From: Bacteroidales bacterium
Lineage (GTDB): Bacteria; Bacteroidota; Bacteroidia; Bacteroidales; VadinHA17
Direction of reading: 5' to 3'
Assembly (NCBI GenBank): GCA_029974835.1
Contig: JARKQN010000102.1
Span: forward strand, 7,058-71,057
DNA length: 64,000 nucleotides
Position numbers and translations under genes: made by a program
The notes under the pieces: model-generated
Seen by the model: only the letters and a program-made list of their open reading frames with translations
Told to the model about the DNA's origin: nothing
Databases searched by the model: none
Shown: piece after piece, positions 19,453 to 28,467 of the stretch
Position numbering within the stretch: position 1 is the first letter of the stretch
Layout of the letters: the number at the start of each line of letters is the position of its first letter

Positions 19453-19860
19453 GTGGAAGAAATAAAGCACACAGGTATTGTCGTTTCTGCCGGTCCTGAT
19501 GCCGTGAAAGTGCGGTTCGAACAGAACAGCGCATGCGCAGGCTGCCATGCCGCAGGTTACTGCACTGCCACTTCGTCGGAGGAGAGAATTATGGAAGTGA
19601 AGGGTAACCATGAACTCCGGTCGGGTGACCGGGTTGAAGTATCAATAAGCAAATCACAGGGATACCTGGCACTCTTTCTGGGTTACCTGCTACCGTTACT
19701 GATCCTTCTTGCCGTGCTTTTCATTCTTACCGGCCTTTCAGCCGGTGAGGTCACAGCCGCCCTTGTCGCCGTCGGGGTAACAGGAATATATTACCTGGGG
19801 CTTTATCTCTCAGGGAAACATATATCAGGAAAATTCAACTTCAGGGTACATAAAATATGA
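19453..19860 (+). CDS. rseC: RseC/MucC family SoxR-reducing system protein
   Basis: SACAGCHAAGYC Cys cluster, GDRVEVSI, YLLPLLIL and two TM helices. First gene of the rnf operon. Confidence 0.88.
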   Translation: MEEIKHTGIVVSAGPDAVKVRFEQNSACAGCHAAGYCTATSSEERIMEVKGNHELRSGDRVEVSISKSQGYLALFLGYLLPLLILLAVLFILTGLSAGEVTAALVAVGVTGIYYLGLYLSGKHISGKFNFRVHKI

Positions 19861-19864
19861 TAAA

Positions 19865-20728
19865 ATGGGTCATACTGTTCTGTTAACTGTCATCAGCCTC
19901 GGTTCTGTCGGACTTGTTGCAGCCTTGATACTGTATTTCATTTCGCAGAAGTTCAAGGTTTACGAAGACCCCAGGATAGACCAGATACAGGAGGCACTGC
20001 CGGGGGCTAACTGCGGAGGCTGCGGTTTCACAGGTTGCAGGAATTTTGCGGAGGCACTCGTAAAAGCAGATACTCTCGACGGACTTAACTGCCCGGTAGG
20101 AGGTGCTTCGCTGATGACCGATGTGGCAAAAATTCTAGGGAAAGAGGCTGTTGCTGCAGACCCTCTGGTGGCAGTGGTGAGGTGCCAGGGTAGTTATGAG
20201 CACAGGCCGCGCACTTCGGTTTACGACGGCGTAAAGGAATGCAGTGCTGCTCATTATCTTTACGGAGGCGAAACCGACTGTCACTACGGATGCCTTGGCT
20301 ATGGCGATTGTGTACGAGCCTGTAATTTCGATGCCATGTACATGGATGAGAAAACAGGTTTACCCGTGATAATAGACGAGAAATGTGTTGCCTGCGGCGC
20401 CTGTGTCAGAGCTTGCCCGAGAGACATTATTGAGCTCAGGAAAAAAGCGAAAAAAGACCGTAAGATTTTTGTTTCGTGTGTCAACTGCGACAAGGGAGGA
20501 CCGGCACGCAAAGCCTGCAGGGTGGCATGCATCGCCTGTAACAAATGTTACAATGTGTGCGAGTTCGATGCAATTACAATTAAAGACAACCTGGCCTACA
20601 TTGATTCTTTCAAATGCACCTTCTGCAGGAAATGTGTTGTGGAATGCCCCACCAATGCAATAATAGAAACTAACTTCCCTCCCAGAAAGGTGAAGGCGGA
20701 AACTGTTGAAGAAGAGAAAAAAGAATAA
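19865..20728 (+). CDS. rnfB: Rnf complex Fe-S subunit B
   Basis: LPGANCGGCGFTGC, LNCPVGG and multiple CxxCxxCxxxCP ferredoxin motifs. Confidence 0.95.
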   Translation: MGHTVLLTVISLGSVGLVAALILYFISQKFKVYEDPRIDQIQEALPGANCGGCGFTGCRNFAEALVKADTLDGLNCPVGGASLMTDVAKILGKEAVAADPLVAVVRCQGSYEHRPRTSVYDGVKECSAAHYLYGGETDCHYGCLGYGDCVRACNFDAMYMDEKTGLPVIIDEKCVACGACVRACPRDIIELRKKAKKDRKIFVSCVNCDKGGPARKACRVACIACNKCYNVCEFDAITIKDNLAYIDSFKCTFCRKCVVECPTNAIIETNFPPRKVKAETVEEEKKE

Positions 20729-20749
20729 CAAAATAAGAAGCAACTGAAA

Positions 20750-22084
20750 ATGCTTAAGACATTTCCCACCGGCGGCGTCCACCCGCCCGAAAACAAACTG
20801 ACTGCCGGATGCAAGATCGAGATCCTGCCTCCGCCGAAATCAGTGGTTATACCCGTTTCCCAGCACCTCGGAGCCCCTGCCGTACCTGTGGTTAATAAAG
20901 GCGACAAGGTTCTGGCTGGCCAGCTTATTGCAAAGGCGGCGGGTTTTATATCGGCCAACATACATTCGTCAGTGTCGGGCAAAGTCCTGAAAATCGACTC
21001 CCATACTGATACTTCCGGGTACAAGCAGACAGCCATTTTTATAGATGTCGAAGGCGACGAGTGGGTGCCGGAAATAGTTAACGGCTCAGATCCTGTCAAG
21101 GAGATAAAGCTGAGCCCTGAAGAGATCGTTCAGAAATGCCTCGACTCGGGGATTGTAGGTCTCGGAGGCGCAACTTTCCCCACACACGTAAAACTTAAGG
21201 TTCCGGCAGGCAAAAAATGTGATCTTCTCATTATTAACGGAGTTGAATGCGAACCGTTTCTTACTTCCGACCACCGGCTTATGCTTGAGAAAGGAGAAGA
21301 AATAATAACCGGAACAAGGATAATTATGAAAGCCCTGGGGGTTGAAAAAGCCGTTATCGGCGTGGAAAACAACAAACAGGACGCAATTTCCCTGCTGGAG
21401 AGGCTTGCCGGAAAGAACGGTGATATAAGTGTCCAGGCTCTTAAGGTAAAATACCCGCAGGGCGGAGAGAAGCAGCTTATTAAAGCCGTAACAGGCAGAG
21501 AAGTGCCGTCGGGAAAACTGCCTCTTGATGTGGGCGTAATCGTCCAGAATGCAGGTACAGCCTATGCGGTATATGAGGCCGTTCAGAAAAACAAGCCCCT
21601 TGTGGAACGGGTTGTTACGGTTACCGGAAAGACATTATCCAGGCCGGGCAATTACCTGGTAAGGATCGGCACTCCGGTTTCGGCCCTGATTGAGGCGGCA
21701 GGAGGCCTCCCCGACAATGCCGTAAAGATCATCTCAGGCGGCCCCATGATGGGCAAAGCCATTGGTAATACCCAGGTACCGGTAGTCAAAGGTATGTCTG
21801 GACTGGTGGTTTTTTCCGGGGGCGAGACCGAAAGAAAACAATACGGACCATGCATCCGCTGCAGCAAATGCATATCTGTCTGCCCGATGGGACTTGAACC
21901 ATACCTGTTAATGGCCCTTTCGCAGAAAGTGTTATACGAAAAGGCAGGTGAGAACAGGATAACCGATTGCATCGAGTGCGGCTCATGCAGCTTTATATGC
22001 CCGGCATACAGACCTTTGCTCGACTATATAAGGCTCGGCAAATCGGCTGTGGTAAAAATGAAACGTGAAAAAAGCATGAAATAA
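20750..22084 (+). CDS. rnfC: Rnf complex subunit C
   Basis: GIVGLGGATFPTHVK, INGVECEPFLTSD, KYPQGGEKQL, GGPMMG, CIRCSKC and CIECGSC. Confidence 0.96.
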   Translation: MLKTFPTGGVHPPENKLTAGCKIEILPPPKSVVIPVSQHLGAPAVPVVNKGDKVLAGQLIAKAAGFISANIHSSVSGKVLKIDSHTDTSGYKQTAIFIDVEGDEWVPEIVNGSDPVKEIKLSPEEIVQKCLDSGIVGLGGATFPTHVKLKVPAGKKCDLLIINGVECEPFLTSDHRLMLEKGEEIITGTRIIMKALGVEKAVIGVENNKQDAISLLERLAGKNGDISVQALKVKYPQGGEKQLIKAVTGREVPSGKLPLDVGVIVQNAGTAYAVYEAVQKNKPLVERVVTVTGKTLSRPGNYLVRIGTPVSALIEAAGGLPDNAVKIISGGPMMGKAIGNTQVPVVKGMSGLVVFSGGETERKQYGPCIRCSKCISVCPMGLEPYLLMALSQKVLYEKAGENRITDCIECGSCSFICPAYRPLLDYIRLGKSAVVKMKREKSMK

Positions 22085-22094
22085 TAAACAGGAA

Positions 22095-23096
22095 ATGAGC
22101 AATTATCTAAAAGTTTCCCTTTCACCTCATATCCACTCAAAGGATGACACAGGCAAACTGATGAAAGGTGTCATTATTGCACTTATCCCGGCACTGATAG
22201 CTTCGGTGTATTATTTCGGCCTGGGTGCAATTATCGTGACACTCACATCTGTCGCCGCATGCGTGGTATTCGAATACGCCATTCAGAAATATCTTTTAAA
22301 GGGCCCGGTAACAATTACAGACGGTTCAGCCGTAGTAACCGGACTGCTTCTGGCATTTAATGTTCCTTCCAATCTGCCGGTGCTGATAATTATACTTGGA
22401 GCGCTTGTTTCGATCGGAATAGGCAAAATGAGCTTCGGAGGCCTGGGCAATAACCCGTTTAACCCCGCACTCGTGGGAAGAGTCTTCCTCCTTATTTCAT
22501 TCCCCGTTCAGATGACCACATGGCCGGTACCTTCAGGATTCAAAACGGGGTATGCCGATGCAGTTACCGGCGCAACGCCTCTTGGAATAATCAAGGAAGG
22601 CCTCAGAAACGGCGAGACAATTCCCCAACTGATGAACCAGGTTCCGGACCATATGCAGTTGTTCTACGGCTACATGGGAGGCTCCATGGGCGAAGTGGCC
22701 GCCGCCGCACTAATTCTCGGACTCATTTATATGCTCTTCAGAAAAATAATAACATGGCATATTCCTGTGTCAATAATTGTAACAATAGCCATCTTCACAG
22801 GAATACTTTGGCTGATTAATCCCTCGCAGTATGCAGATCCTCTGTTTCATCTGCTTACAGGAGGCGTAATGCTGGGTGCTATTTTCATGGCTACGGATTA
22901 CGTCACTTCTCCGATGGTTCCGAAAGCAATGTTAATATACGGTGCCGGAATAGGCATTTTGACGGTTGTTATAAGAATCTTCGGGGCATACCCCGAGGGT
23001 GTCTCTTTTGCCATACTGATCATGAATGCATTCGTTCCTCTTATGAATGCCTATATAAAACCCGGAAGGTTCGGAAAGGAGGTGAAAAATGGCTAA
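22095..23096 (+). CDS. rnfD: Rnf complex subunit D
   Basis: SPHIH, FGGLGNNPFNPALVGR, FMN site DAVTGATPL and FMATDYVTSP. Confidence 0.96.
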   Translation: MSNYLKVSLSPHIHSKDDTGKLMKGVIIALIPALIASVYYFGLGAIIVTLTSVAACVVFEYAIQKYLLKGPVTITDGSAVVTGLLLAFNVPSNLPVLIIILGALVSIGIGKMSFGGLGNNPFNPALVGRVFLLISFPVQMTTWPVPSGFKTGYADAVTGATPLGIIKEGLRNGETIPQLMNQVPDHMQLFYGYMGGSMGEVAAAALILGLIYMLFRKIITWHIPVSIIVTIAIFTGILWLINPSQYADPLFHLLTGGVMLGAIFMATDYVTSPMVPKAMLIYGAGIGILTVVIRIFGAYPEGVSFAILIMNAFVPLMNAYIKPGRFGKEVKNG

Positions 23097-23664
23097 GACC
23101 GAATCGACACTCAGGAACATGGTACTCTCCCTGACTCTTATTGCCCTTGTGGCGGCAACAGCACTCGGCTTTGTCTATGAAGTCACAAAAAAACCGATTG
23201 AGATTTCAAAGCTTAACAAGAAACTAATCGCCATCAAGGCTGTGGTACCTCCATTCGACAATAACCCCGACAATGAAATGTTCCGGCTGGCCGGTGATAA
23301 CGGCGACAGCCTTGAGATATACCCTGCCAAATCGGGCGGTACAATAGTGGGATATGCCGTCAGAACCTACACAGTGAACGGGTTCAGCGGATATATCGGC
23401 ATCATGGCCGGATTTTCCCCTGATGGCACAATAATAAATACCAACGTTCTCGAACATAAAGAAACGCCGGGACTGGGTACAAAAATGACGGAAGATGTAT
23501 TTAAGACTCAGTTTAACGGAAAGGATCCTTCATCCTTTGCAATGAAAGTAAAGAAAGACGGCGGGCAGGTTGATGCCATAACTGCCGCCACAATAACATC
23601 AAGGGCATTCTGCGAAGCTGTTGACAGGGCTTATAAAACATTAAAGAAAGGAGGACTTATATGA
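23089..23664 (+). CDS. rnfG: Rnf complex subunit G
   Basis: N-terminal TM helix, [14 protein letters not shown] and FMN site [11 protein letters not shown]. Confidence 0.95.
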   Translation: MAKTESTLRNMVLSLTLIALVAATALGFVYEVTKKPIEISKLNKKLIAIKAVVPPFDNNPDNEMFRLAGDNGDSLEIYPAKSGGTIVGYAVRTYTVNGFSGYIGIMAGFSPDGTIINTNVLEHKETPGLGTKMTEDVFKTQFNGKDPSSFAMKVKKDGGQVDAITAATITSRAFCEAVDRAYKTLKKGGLI

Positions 23665-24242
23665 GCAATCTGAAGATTTTTACAAAAGGTTTTTTCAAAG
23701 AGAACCCGATACTGGTACTCCTTCTTGGCACTTGTCCCACCCTTGCCACAACATCATCGGCAATTAACGGCCTGGGTATGGGTATCGCCACTACTTTCGT
23801 TCTTACATCATCAAATGTTGCAATCTCGCTGCTTGCAAAGTTTATCCCGGACAAGGTTAGAATTCCTTCATATATTGTTGTGATAGCCTCATTTGTCACC
23901 ATCGTTGACCTTATCATGCAGGCCTATGTTCCCGACCTTTATGAGACCCTCGGCATTTTCATACCTCTGATTGTTGTAAACTGCATAGTCCTCGCCAGAG
24001 CCGAAGCCTTTGCCAGCAAAAACAGGTTGCTCCCCTCGCTGCTCGACGGAGCCGGGATGGGGCTGGGTTTTACCATGGCACTCGGCATACTGGGAAGCAT
24101 CCGTGAAATTCTCGGCAACGGCTCAATCTTTAATTATAAACTGATTAAGGGCGATGCCATTCTGGTATTTATTCTTGCTCCGGGCGCATTTATCGCCCTC
24201 GGATACCTTATTGCATTAATTAACAAAATCAGAAAAGCTTAG
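23661..24242 (+). CDS. rnfE: Rnf complex subunit E
   Basis: [25 protein letters not shown] and LGSIRE. Confidence 0.95.
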   Translation: MSNLKIFTKGFFKENPILVLLLGTCPTLATTSSAINGLGMGIATTFVLTSSNVAISLLAKFIPDKVRIPSYIVVIASFVTIVDLIMQAYVPDLYETLGIFIPLIVVNCIVLARAEAFASKNRLLPSLLDGAGMGLGFTMALGILGSIREILGNGSIFNYKLIKGDAILVFILAPGAFIALGYLIALINKIRKA

Positions 24243-24252
24243 GAGGCACAAT

Positions 24253-24828
24253 ATGGAATATCTACTTATCATTATATCAGCAATACTTGTAAATAATATT
24301 GTCCTTGCACAGTTCCTGGGGGTTTGCCCTTTCCTCGGCGTTTCGAATAAAATAAGCACTTCCGTCGGCATGACCGGGGCTGTGACTTTCGTTATGGTAC
24401 TTGCATCAATAGTCACGTACCTTATATATACATATTTGCTTATTCCCCTGGGAATAGGATTTATGCAAACGATAACATATATCCTTGTTATCGCTTCGCT
24501 CGTGCAGCTTGTGGAAATCATTCTTAAGAAAGTAAGTCAGGCGTTATACCAGGCTCTCGGGATATTTCTTCCTCTGATAACGACCAACTGTGCAGTGCTT
24601 GGTGTTACACTGCTGGTGATAAAGAAACATTTTAATCTGTTGGAAGGTGTGGTATACAGTTTTGCCACGGCGCTCGGATTCGGTCTTGCTCTTATTCTTC
24701 TGGCTGGCATCAGGGAACAGCTCGATATGGCAGAAGTGCCTAAAGGAATGAAGGGAGCTCCCATATCCCTGCTCGTTGCCGGCATCCTTGCTCTGGCTTT
24801 TATGGGATTCTCAGGAATAGTGAAATAG
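24253..24828 (+). CDS. rnfA: Rnf complex subunit A
   Basis: [20 protein letters not shown] and AGIREQL. Confidence 0.95.
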   Translation: MEYLLIIISAILVNNIVLAQFLGVCPFLGVSNKISTSVGMTGAVTFVMVLASIVTYLIYTYLLIPLGIGFMQTITYILVIASLVQLVEIILKKVSQALYQALGIFLPLITTNCAVLGVTLLVIKKHFNLLEGVVYSFATALGFGLALILLAGIREQLDMAEVPKGMKGAPISLLVAGILALAFMGFSGIVK

Positions 24829-24829
24829 A

Positions 24830-25705
24830 TCAGTGAATCAGCAGAAGACTCGCTCCGATAACAATCATACCTGTCAGCAGACCGTAAATAGCGGTGTGAT
24901 GCCTTCCGTACCGGTGCGCCGACGGAAGAAGCTCATCGAAAGATATATAGATCATAATCCCGGCTACCATTGCATAAATGTAACCAAGAAGGGCGCTGTC
25001 GCGTATAAAATATATAATTGTCAGCCCGATAATGGCGCCGGCCGGCTCGGAAAAGCCTGAAAGCACAGACCACAAGAGAGCCTTCTTTTTGGAACCCGTT
25101 GCAAAATATATAGGTACCGAAACAGCAATTCCTTCAGGGATATTATGTATCGCTATCGCCAGAGCTATGCTGATGCCTATAGTCAGATTATCAATTCCCG
25201 AAATAAATGTAGCCATGCCCTCGGGAATATTGTGAATGAAGATTGCAAGTGCGGTAAAAATTCCCACCCTCATGAGCCGGCGGTCTTTCCGGACAAAATT
25301 TCTCCCTCCCCGGTATCTTTTCCCTTTGCCGCCGGAAGTGGCGGGTATGTTATCATGGCTTTCCATCTCCGCTATCTGTTCCAGATCGCGCGCTTCATGC
25401 GGATTATCTACCGAAGGTATCATCTTGTCAATTAATGCCGTAACTGCAAAACCTGCCACCAGAAATGCCAGTGCCAGCCACGATGAGGTTTTTGCGGAAT
25501 AGGATGATGAGAATATCCTGCCTGCCTCTGGTAACAGTTCAGTGAAAGAAATAAATATCATAACCCCGGCTGAGAAACCAAGGGAAAATGAAAGGAATGA
25601 TGGTTTTGTACGCTTTGCAAAAAAGGCAACCAACCCTCCTATTCCCGTTGCCATGCCTGCCAGAAAAGTCAGAAAAAAAGCACTATAAACTGATGGCCAC
25701 TCCAA
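24830..25705 (-). CDS. zupT: ZIP family zinc/divalent metal transporter ZupT
   Basis: GFSAGVM, IFIHNIPEG, IAIHNIPEGIAV and SFDELLP. TTG start. Confidence 0.92.
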   Translation of the reverse strand: MEWPSVYSAFFLTFLAGMATGIGGLVAFFAKRTKPSFLSFSLGFSAGVMIFISFTELLPEAGRIFSSSYSAKTSSWLALAFLVAGFAVTALIDKMIPSVDNPHEARDLEQIAEMESHDNIPATSGGKGKRYRGGRNFVRKDRRLMRVGIFTALAIFIHNIPEGMATFISGIDNLTIGISIALAIAIHNIPEGIAVSVPIYFATGSKKKALLWSVLSGFSEPAGAIIGLTIIYFIRDSALLGYIYAMVAGIMIYISFDELLPSAHRYGRHHTAIYGLLTGMIVIGASLLLIH

Positions 25706-25739
25706 TATCGCTATTTTTATCTGGTTTAATTCCAGATTG

Positions 25740-25747
25740 CAAAAGTA
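25740..25747 (-). promoter_or_regulatory. -7 element TACTTTTG
   Basis: Exact TAnnTTTG, 34 nt upstream of the zupT start. Confidence 0.55.
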
Positions 25748-25906
25748 TCTTTTTACCCGATATTAACAACTGCACTCCTTTATATTATTTCCGGCGCTCA
25801 GGCATACAATTTTTTTTATGTGGTTTCGCCGGTATGATTTTTTCCGGAATTTTAAAAACTCTTCTGTTTAAAATATAACTTAGCACCTTGATATGAGGAT
25901 TTTCTG

Positions 25907-26479
25907 ATGGAAGCTTCCGGTTATTTAAATGTGCTCGGACTTAAACGCGACTGTACCCTGCAGGACATTAAAAAGGCGTACCGGAGGCTGGCAAGCGAAT
26001 ACCATCCCGATCACAATAAAAGCGAGGATGCTGCTGACAAGTTCATTGCCGTGACGGAAGCCTATGAGTTCCTGATTACAAACTTTTCCAGGCTTTCCTG
26101 TGAAGACAATGAGTTTATCAGGGCAATGGAGGACTGGCAGAAATACAGGGGCAGGCAGGCCCGGCAGAGAGCTGACGCCTTTGCAAGGGCTTCATATTCA
26201 TCCTTCAGCAAAACCGATTTTTACAAAACAACACGGTTCTTTAACAAGACCACCATACTTATTTCAATAATAATATCTCTTGTGGTCTTGTTTATGTCAG
26301 TCTTCGGATATATCTACAGAATCAAACATCCGATACCTGGGTTAAAGAACCCTTCGGTTCTTATTTTAATCATTTTTATATTGCTTGGAATCGTTCTGTG
26401 TTTCATTTCTTATGTTCATCTGAAAGCTTTTTTGGAAGAAACAACCAGTAACCCCCGCTATGGAAAGAAAAATAAATAA
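25907..26479 (+). CDS. J-domain (DnaJ class C) protein with two C-terminal TM helices
   Basis: YLNVLGL...IKKAYRRLASEYHPD...FIAVTEAYEFL, plus two hydrophobic segments near the C-terminus. Confidence 0.88.
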   Translation: MEASGYLNVLGLKRDCTLQDIKKAYRRLASEYHPDHNKSEDAADKFIAVTEAYEFLITNFSRLSCEDNEFIRAMEDWQKYRGRQARQRADAFARASYSSFSKTDFYKTTRFFNKTTILISIIISLVVLFMSVFGYIYRIKHPIPGLKNPSVLILIIFILLGIVLCFISYVHLKAFLEETTSNPRYGKKNK

Positions 26480-26933
26480 CCCGTTCGACAGTGAACAGAA
26501 CAAATGCTTTGGCTGCAGCCCGTCAAACCATAACGGGCTGAAGCTTGAGTTCACCGAGAGAGATGACTATGTTGAGGCACTCTGGTTTCCTTCCTCTCAA
26601 TTTCAGGGTTATCCGGGTGTCCTGCACGGTGGGATCACAGCCACCCTGATGGACGAGACCGCTGCATGGTGCATATATGTCAAGGCCGGAACTGCAGGTG
26701 TAACCTCCTCAATGTACGTAAAGTACAATCAGCCTGTTTATATCTCAAAAGGTGCCGTCAGGATTGTGGCAAGCCTTGTAAGCAGAAATGAGAGGTATGC
26801 AGAGATAAACTGCCGGCTTATTGATTCCGGAAATAATGTCTGTGCTGAAGCAGATCTGAAGTATTTTATTTACCCGGTCGACATTGCCATCCGAAGGTTC
26901 AGGTACCCGGGGAAGGATAAATTTTTTCAATAG
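26460..26933 (+). CDS. PaaI-family hotdog thioesterase
   Basis: CFGCSPSNHNGLKL and QGYPGVLHGGITATLMDE. Confidence 0.9.
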   Translation: MERKINNPFDSEQNKCFGCSPSNHNGLKLEFTERDDYVEALWFPSSQFQGYPGVLHGGITATLMDETAAWCIYVKAGTAGVTSSMYVKYNQPVYISKGAVRIVASLVSRNERYAEINCRLIDSGNNVCAEADLKYFIYPVDIAIRRFRYPGKDKFFQ

Positions 26934-27041
26934 ATGGTTTATCCGGGCCAATTCATTTCCTTTTGCTGATTCCATCTTATGCGTAATAAGCATTCAATAA
27001 CACATTTATAATTATCTTTACCTGCTTTTCAAATTTTGCTG

Positions 27042-27959
27042 ATGAAATCCCTGATTGCATACTTCACCGTCATGATTATATCGTTTCTCGTTAATGGTAC
27101 AGACAGCCGAAATTCATCAGGTCCTGACCAGGATCAGACACCGTTGTTCTCGTTCGGTGTAATCGCCGATGTACAATATTGTGATTGTGAGCCCTCAGGG
27201 ACAAGATTTTACAAATCATCCCTTGAGAAACTCGGGGTGGCTTTCGGGGCTTTCGAAGAGGAGAAGGTTGAATTCGTTGTAAACCTCGGAGATCTTATCG
27301 ACAGGGAGTTTGATTCGTTCAACACCCTGACCGATGTCCTGAAGGGCAACAGCATTAAACTTTACAATGTTGCCGGGAATCATGATTTTTCCGTTGACGA
27401 AAGACAAAAGAAGCATGTCCTTCCGCTTCTGACAGGGAAAACCGGTTACTACTCCTTTTCGCATGGTTCGTTCAGGTTTATCATTCTCGACGGCAATGAG
27501 GTCAGTACATACGGACCGGGTAGCAGGCAGCAGGTCAAAGAGGCGGTCACAATGATTGAAAAACTAAGGGAAGAAGGTGAGCCTAACGGAATGGACTGGA
27601 ACGGCGGGATAGGCTCAAAACAGATTGAATGGCTTAAGGATCAGCTTAACAATTCAATCAGGGAAAACCAGAAGGTCTTCATTCTATGCCATTTCCCTGT
27701 CTGGCCTGTTAACGAACATAATCTTCTCAATTACAGACAGATAATTGAAATCATGCAGCCATACGACAATATAATAGCCTGGTTCAGCGGTCATAATCAT
27801 GCCGGCAATTACGGAAACCTTAATATGGTTCATTTCTATAACTTCAAAGGCATGGTTGAGACACCCGATCAGAACAGTTTTGCTATTGTTGACGTTTACC
27901 CGAACAAGATATGGATCAGGGGCTCCGGCAGGGAAAGGAGTATGATACTTGCCTATTAA
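27042..27959 (+). CDS. Exported metallophosphoesterase, ADPRibase-Mn (ADP-ribose/CDP-alcohol diphosphatase)-like
   Basis: LFSFGVIADVQY, NLGDLID, AGNHDF, LCHFP and FSGHNHAGNY. The N-terminus looks like a signal peptide. Confidence 0.8.
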   Translation: MKSLIAYFTVMIISFLVNGTDSRNSSGPDQDQTPLFSFGVIADVQYCDCEPSGTRFYKSSLEKLGVAFGAFEEEKVEFVVNLGDLIDREFDSFNTLTDVLKGNSIKLYNVAGNHDFSVDERQKKHVLPLLTGKTGYYSFSHGSFRFIILDGNEVSTYGPGSRQQVKEAVTMIEKLREEGEPNGMDWNGGIGSKQIEWLKDQLNNSIRENQKVFILCHFPVWPVNEHNLLNYRQIIEIMQPYDNIIAWFSGHNHAGNYGNLNMVHFYNFKGMVETPDQNSFAIVDVYPNKIWIRGSGRERSMILAY

Positions 27960-27977
27960 TACCCTGTACCCGGGTAT
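27959..27977. terminator. Hairpin between convergent genes
   Basis: ATACCC-N7-GGGTAT stem with no clear U-tract. Confidence 0.3.
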
Positions 27978-27982
27978 CTGTT

Positions 27983-28354
27983 CTATAATTTTATGAAATT
28001 GAACTGAACCGAAAGTATTGAAGAGAAGTATTCCCCGAGCTCCAGAATATCTTCATCTCCCTCCTCATAATACCAGTTGATTACAAATTTCTTGTTTTTG
28101 ACCGACACATAAACCAGTTTCTGCAGAATTCTGATCAGAGCCCTGGCGCTGGGACTGTTGAAGTACTCTATTTTTATATCAACAACCGTAACATCGGCAG
28201 GGTTTTCGATATAGGCCTTAACCCATTTCACAACCGGTTCAAAAAACTCCTCTGCATTCTCATGGATAGAACGTCCCTTAATCCGTATGTGTCCTTCGGG
28301 ATTAAGAACAATTTCGGGAGTATGTCTCCCGGGTTCTATCCTGAGTTCATGCAT
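27983..28354 (-). CDS. SiaC family (DUF1987) regulatory protein
   Basis: TPEIVL, IKGRSIHENAEEFFEPV, IEYFNSPS, INWYYEEGDEDILELGE and FNFI. Confidence 0.88.
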   Translation of the reverse strand: MHELRIEPGRHTPEIVLNPEGHIRIKGRSIHENAEEFFEPVVKWVKAYIENPADVTVVDIKIEYFNSPSARALIRILQKLVYVSVKNKKFVINWYYEEGDEDILELGEYFSSILSVQFNFIKL

Positions 28355-28467
28355 AGTAAAATATTTGTACGAATATAATAAAAATACATCAGAACACTCA
28401 CCCTGAAATGATATAAAGGTAAGTTAATTAGACAGAAAGAAGTTTTAAGGCAGGAATGAAAATGGTG

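Noticed and set aside
19453-24828. rseC-rnfBCDGEA as a novel system
   Set aside because: A well-known Rnf complex in the gene order usual for Bacteroidota.
26460-28354. ADPRM-like, SiaC and neighbours as an anti-phage or NAD-signalling defence island
   Set aside because: The genes are convergent and flanked by housekeeping genes. There are no TIR/SIR2/effector domains or mobility markers, and the phosphoesterase looks exported.
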